From Bacteroidales bacterium (lineage in GTDB: Bacteria > Bacteroidota > Bacteroidia > Bacteroidales > JAUNSR01): a stretch of DNA of 64,000 bases. The DNA lies in NCBI GenBank assembly GCA_030539115.1, contig JAUNSR010000012.1, forward strand, positions 4,309 through 68,308, written 5' to 3'. This document shows positions 61,034-64,000 of the stretch, piece by piece. How positions within the stretch are numbered: position 1 is the stretch's first letter; each line of letters starts with the position of its first letter. Below the pieces are notes generated by a model. The model made no database searches and was not told the DNA's origin. It saw only the letters and a program-made list of their open reading frames with translations. The position numbers were made by a program, and so were the translations under genes.

Positions 61034-62035
61034 CTAATTTTCCTTATTGTACATATTCTTAATTTTCTTTCTCGTATCCAAAGGTTTGCCAAGTATAATC
61101 TTATTCCAAAAAGCCTTTATAAATCCTGTTCCGTATCCAACGAGCTGAATTAAACCAGTCAATACAGAAATCAAACCAATCTTTATGCTTTTATTCTTAT
61201 AACTTGAATCTGCAAAAAGAGTTATTAGATATGCTGCAAGAAGAATTAAAACCCATGGATATTTTACAGATAAAATCAGCATACAGATTAGAAATAGAGT
61301 GAAAAGAGCGGGCGCAAAATGAACCAACTTTAAGGAACCGGGGTGCTGTTTGTAAAGAGCAATCCTTGCCTGACCAAAAATATGAACCTGTTTGAAAAAC
61401 TTTTTTATATCGACTCTTCTTTTGTGATATACAAAAGCCTTATGAATAAGATTGGTGTTAAATCCAGCCTCTCTTAGTCTTAAACTAATGTCTATATCTT
61501 CACCAAGAGTATCTCTAAAACCATTAACTTTATTAAACGCATACTTTGCTATACCCATATTAAAAGAACGAGGACAGAACTTTTCAACAGGTTTTTTACC
61601 TCCTCTTATTCCTCCGGTTGTAAAAAAGGATGTCATGGAATGATTGATGGCTTTTTGAATATCAGTAAATGATTCATGAGCAGCATCGGGACCACCCCAA
61701 CAATCTATATTCCTTTTATTTAGTTCATCTTTTACAGTTTGAAAATAGTTCTCCGGAATTATGCAATCTGAATCAAAGAAAACCAAATATTCCCCCTTTG
61801 CCATTTTAGCTCCAATATTTCTTGAATCACTCTGACCGGTGTTTGATTTAAAATGATAGGTAACAGAAAATATATTGGTGTATTTATTTGCAAGATCTTT
61901 ACTTTTCTGTGTAGAACCGTCTTCAACAATAATAACTTCAAAATCCAGAAGCGTTTGCTTTGCCAAGCTTTCAAGAAGTTCAGCCATTTCCTGAGGTCGG
62001 TTGTATACAGGGATGATTATAGAGAATGTTGGCAT
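61034..62035 (-). CDS. Glycosyltransferase family 2 with C-terminal transmembrane segments
   Basis: FSIIIPVYNRPQEMAELLESL, FEVIIVEDGS and FFDSDC (DxD motif). Two or three hydrophobic helices lie near the C-terminus. Confidence 0.88.
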   Translation of the reverse strand: MPTFSIIIPVYNRPQEMAELLESLAKQTLLDFEVIIVEDGSTQKSKDLANKYTNIFSVTYHFKSNTGQSDSRNIGAKMAKGEYLVFFDSDCIIPENYFQTVKDELNKRNIDCWGGPDAAHESFTDIQKAINHSMTSFFTTGGIRGGKKPVEKFCPRSFNMGIAKYAFNKVNGFRDTLGEDIDISLRLREAGFNTNLIHKAFVYHKRRVDIKKFFKQVHIFGQARIALYKQHPGSLKLVHFAPALFTLFLICMLILSVKYPWVLILLAAYLITLFADSSYKNKSIKIGLISVLTGLIQLVGYGTGFIKAFWNKIILGKPLDTRKKIKNMYNKEN

Positions 62036-62101
62036 AGATGTATTCTATTAATAATGTATTTCAAACTTAACGAATATTTCTCTTTCTTGTTCGTTTACCA
62101 A

Positions 62102-62155
62102 CAAAAAGAGAATCCCTGCAAGCACATTTCTCTAAAGAAGCGGCTTGCAGGGATT
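62102..62155 (-). terminator. Intrinsic terminator downstream of efp
   Basis: AATCCCTGCAAGC-loop-GCTTGCAGGGATT is a perfect 13-bp stem followed on the minus strand by CTCTTTTTGTT. Confidence 0.85.
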
Positions 62156-62177
62156 ATATCTTTATTATCAAAAGAGA

Positions 62178-62741
62178 TTATTTTGCACGTTCAAGGTAAG
62201 AACCGTCACGAGTGTCAACTTTGATTTTATCACCGGTGTTGATAAACAAAGGAACGCGTACAGTTGCACCTGTCTCAACAGTAGCAGGTTTTAATGAGTT
62301 GGTTGAAGTATCGCCCTTGATTCCAGGTTCAGTATAAGTGATCTCAAGAACAACCTGAGTTGGAACATCTGCATAAAGAATAGTCTCGTCATCTGCCTTA
62401 ACCATTACTTCACAAATATCACCTTCTTTAAGAAATTTATAACCGTTAATAGATTCCTCTTCTATAGTGATCTGTTCAAATGTTTCATTGTGCATGAAAT
62501 TGTATCCCATTTCATCTTTATAAAGGAATTGATAAGGACGGCGTTCTATACGAACTTCATCAATTTTTACCCCTGCATTGAATGTGTTATCAACTACACG
62601 GCCTGTTGTTACGTTTCTTAATTTTGTGCGAACGAAAGCTGCTCCCTTTCCGGGTTTTACATGAAGGAATTCAACAATAGAATAAAGCTGGCCGTTGTAC
62701 TCAATGCACATGCCATTTCTGATATCAGCTGTAGTAGCCAT
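62178..62741 (-). CDS. efp: Elongation factor P
   Basis: 187 aa with the motifs [38 protein letters not shown], canonical for EF-P. Confidence 0.96.
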   Translation of the reverse strand: MATTADIRNGMCIEYNGQLYSIVEFLHVKPGKGAAFVRTKLRNVTTGRVVDNTFNAGVKIDEVRIERRPYQFLYKDEMGYNFMHNETFEQITIEEESINGYKFLKEGDICEVMVKADDETILYADVPTQVVLEITYTEPGIKGDTSTNSLKPATVETGATVRVPLFINTGDKIKVDTRDGSYLERAK

Positions 62742-62980
62742 AAAGTATTAATTTATATATTATTTGATTTAATCTAAGTTCGATATTATAGAGTAAGGTC
62801 ATATACGTAAAATCGGCCTACCAAGATTTCCTGTTAAATGTTTCGGAATTAGCAAACAGAATACAATTAAATGGCATATAAGGTAAGGCCATTAGTCTAA
62901 CCTCTTCTTTTTGAACGGTTGCAAAGGTAATCTATTTTGGGAAAAAACGAAAAACTTTATACTAAAAAAAGGTGCAAGTC

Positions 62981-63011
62981 TTTGTTTATTAAAAAAAACT
63001 CTCTATTTTTG
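62981..63011 (+). promoter_or_regulatory. Bacteroidetes sigma-A promoter of rpmH (-33 TTTG / -7 TATTTTTG)
   Basis: TTTG at 62981-62984, a 19-nt spacer, then TATTTTTG at 63004-63011. The ATG lies 58 nt downstream. Confidence 0.6.
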
Positions 63012-63068
63012 CAAACCGAATAAAAGCACTATCAAAGAAAAATATAAACAAAAAATAAGTATACAGCA

Positions 63069-63221
63069 ATGAAAATGACTTTTCAACCTTCTAACAGAAA
63101 AAGAAGAAACAAACACGGATTTCGTGAAAGAATGGCTACTGCTAATGGCCGTAGAGTATTAGCGTCTCGTCGTGCTAAAGGCCGCAAATCTTTGACTGTA
63201 TCTGACGAAATGGCTCGTTAA
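63069..63221 (+). CDS. rpmH: 50S ribosomal protein L34
   Basis: It is not in the ORF track because it is under 60 aa. Hand translation gives [50 protein letters not shown] (50 aa), the canonical L34 sequence. Confidence 0.93.
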   Translation: MKMTFQPSNRKRRNKHGFRERMATANGRRVLASRRAKGRKSLTVSDEMAR

Positions 63222-63251
63222 TAATATATTCGTCACAGATAAGATATTTAA

Positions 63252-63285
63252 AAGACAATCCTCTAAGGGATTGTCTTTTTTTATT
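63252..63285 (+). terminator. Intrinsic terminator after rpmH
   Basis: AAGACAATCC-loop-GGATTGTCTT stem followed by TTTTTTATT. Confidence 0.8.
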
Positions 63286-63434
63286 CAATTTTTTTTTTCT
63301 CATTTTTTGTCATACCCGTATTATTACCTGAACATTAAGCTGTTATAACAGGTTGTATATGATATTTCATAATAACTTTATAAGTTGTGCTTTAAGTATT
63401 ATGAGTATTGTTTTAGGTATTTAAACCCTTAATT

Positions 63435-64000
63435 CTATTCAATCAAATTTTTATCTTTCATCATGTTAAATGAAGAAATATGATTTCTACAAAATATATA
63501 ATAGAATGCCAAAGATATAATGCATGAAAAAGAAATAATCAAAAACATTTTATCATAACCCAAATATTTCACCAATACCCCTGAAACAAAACCTCCAATA
63601 GCTATTCCTAAATCAAAAGCAATAAAGAATGTTGAATTTGCAGCCCCACGTCTTTCAACTGAAACAGAATGAATCGCCATAGTTTGAAGTGCCGGCTGAA
63701 CAGCTCCGAAACTATATCCTAAAAACAATGCCGATATTATATATCCATTAATATTATGAACAAATACCAATAATAATATTCCGATTATTATTGCAATATT
63801 ACCGCTATATACTAATATTCCTTCCCCATGCTTGTCTATAGTTTTACCTAATGCTAATCTTGTTAAGACAGTTGCTATGGCAATGAAAATAAAATAAATT
63901 CCTCCTTTGGGCAAATTATTGTTTATTGCATATATTGCCACATATACCTCTACTACACCATAGGCAATCATGAAAAAGAAAAGTGTTATTGATGCCGGTA
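63435..64000 (-). CDS. MFS transporter, C-terminal part (5' end beyond window edge)
   Basis: The frame stays open to the window end. There are six or more hydrophobic helices. The loop HSVSVERRGAANSTFFIAFDLG resembles the MFS motif A-like region of the second half. Confidence 0.6.
   Translation of the reverse strand, partial: PASITLFFFMIAYGVVEVYVAIYAINNNLPKGGIYFIFIAIATVLTRLALGKTIDKHGEGILVYSGNIAIIIGILLLVFVHNINGYIISALFLGYSFGAVQPALQTMAIHSVSVERRGAANSTFFIAFDLGIAIGGFVSGVLVKYLGYDKMFLIISFSCIISLAFYYIFCRNHISSFNMMKDKNLIE

Overview
Low-GC Bacteroidota (Bacteroidales-like) chromosomal window. The phylum call rests on SusC/SusD pairs, a T9SS-type C-terminal tail, the absence of Shine-Dalgarno sites, and several perfect TAnnTTTG -7 promoter boxes. 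Gene order: rplL (5'-truncated by the window edge), rpoB and rpoC; a TAT-exported Gfo/Idh/MocA oxidoreductase with a DUF1080 partner; an AT-rich two-gene island of unknown function; trpS; a GH36-like hydrolase; an Lrp/AsnC regulator and a GNAT; znuA/znuC-like genes; dprA and a thioesterase; two convergent susC/susD pairs; hflX; an 84-bp x 3.1 tandem repeat; an acyltransferase-3; a GH20 hexosaminidase; an aldose epimerase; a small OMP; two tiny proteins; a second GH20 with a Kelch mutarotase; priA; an LMW-PTP; an AraC regulator with rhaB-rhaA-rhaT; divergent long and short nagB genes; lpxH; a DUF59 protein; radC; a GT2; efp; rpmH (50 aa, absent from the ORF track); and a partial MFS transporter. 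I saw no rRNA, tRNA, CRISPR array, transposase, integrase or phage genes. I did not find a convincing multi-gene novel system, and most of the window is core metabolism and glycan foraging. The best leads are: (1) the non-coding 84-bp tandem repeat upstream of hflX, where each unit carries a 42-nt near-palindrome and a perfect -7 promoter box; (2) the AT-rich two-gene secreted-protein island at 10.8-14.6 kb; (3) an 885-bp ORF-free divergent intergenic region with a recurring AATGACTGAT motif; and (4) a tiny lipoprotein plus membrane-peptide pair. All functional calls come from reading the translations and motifs by eye. No database search was run.
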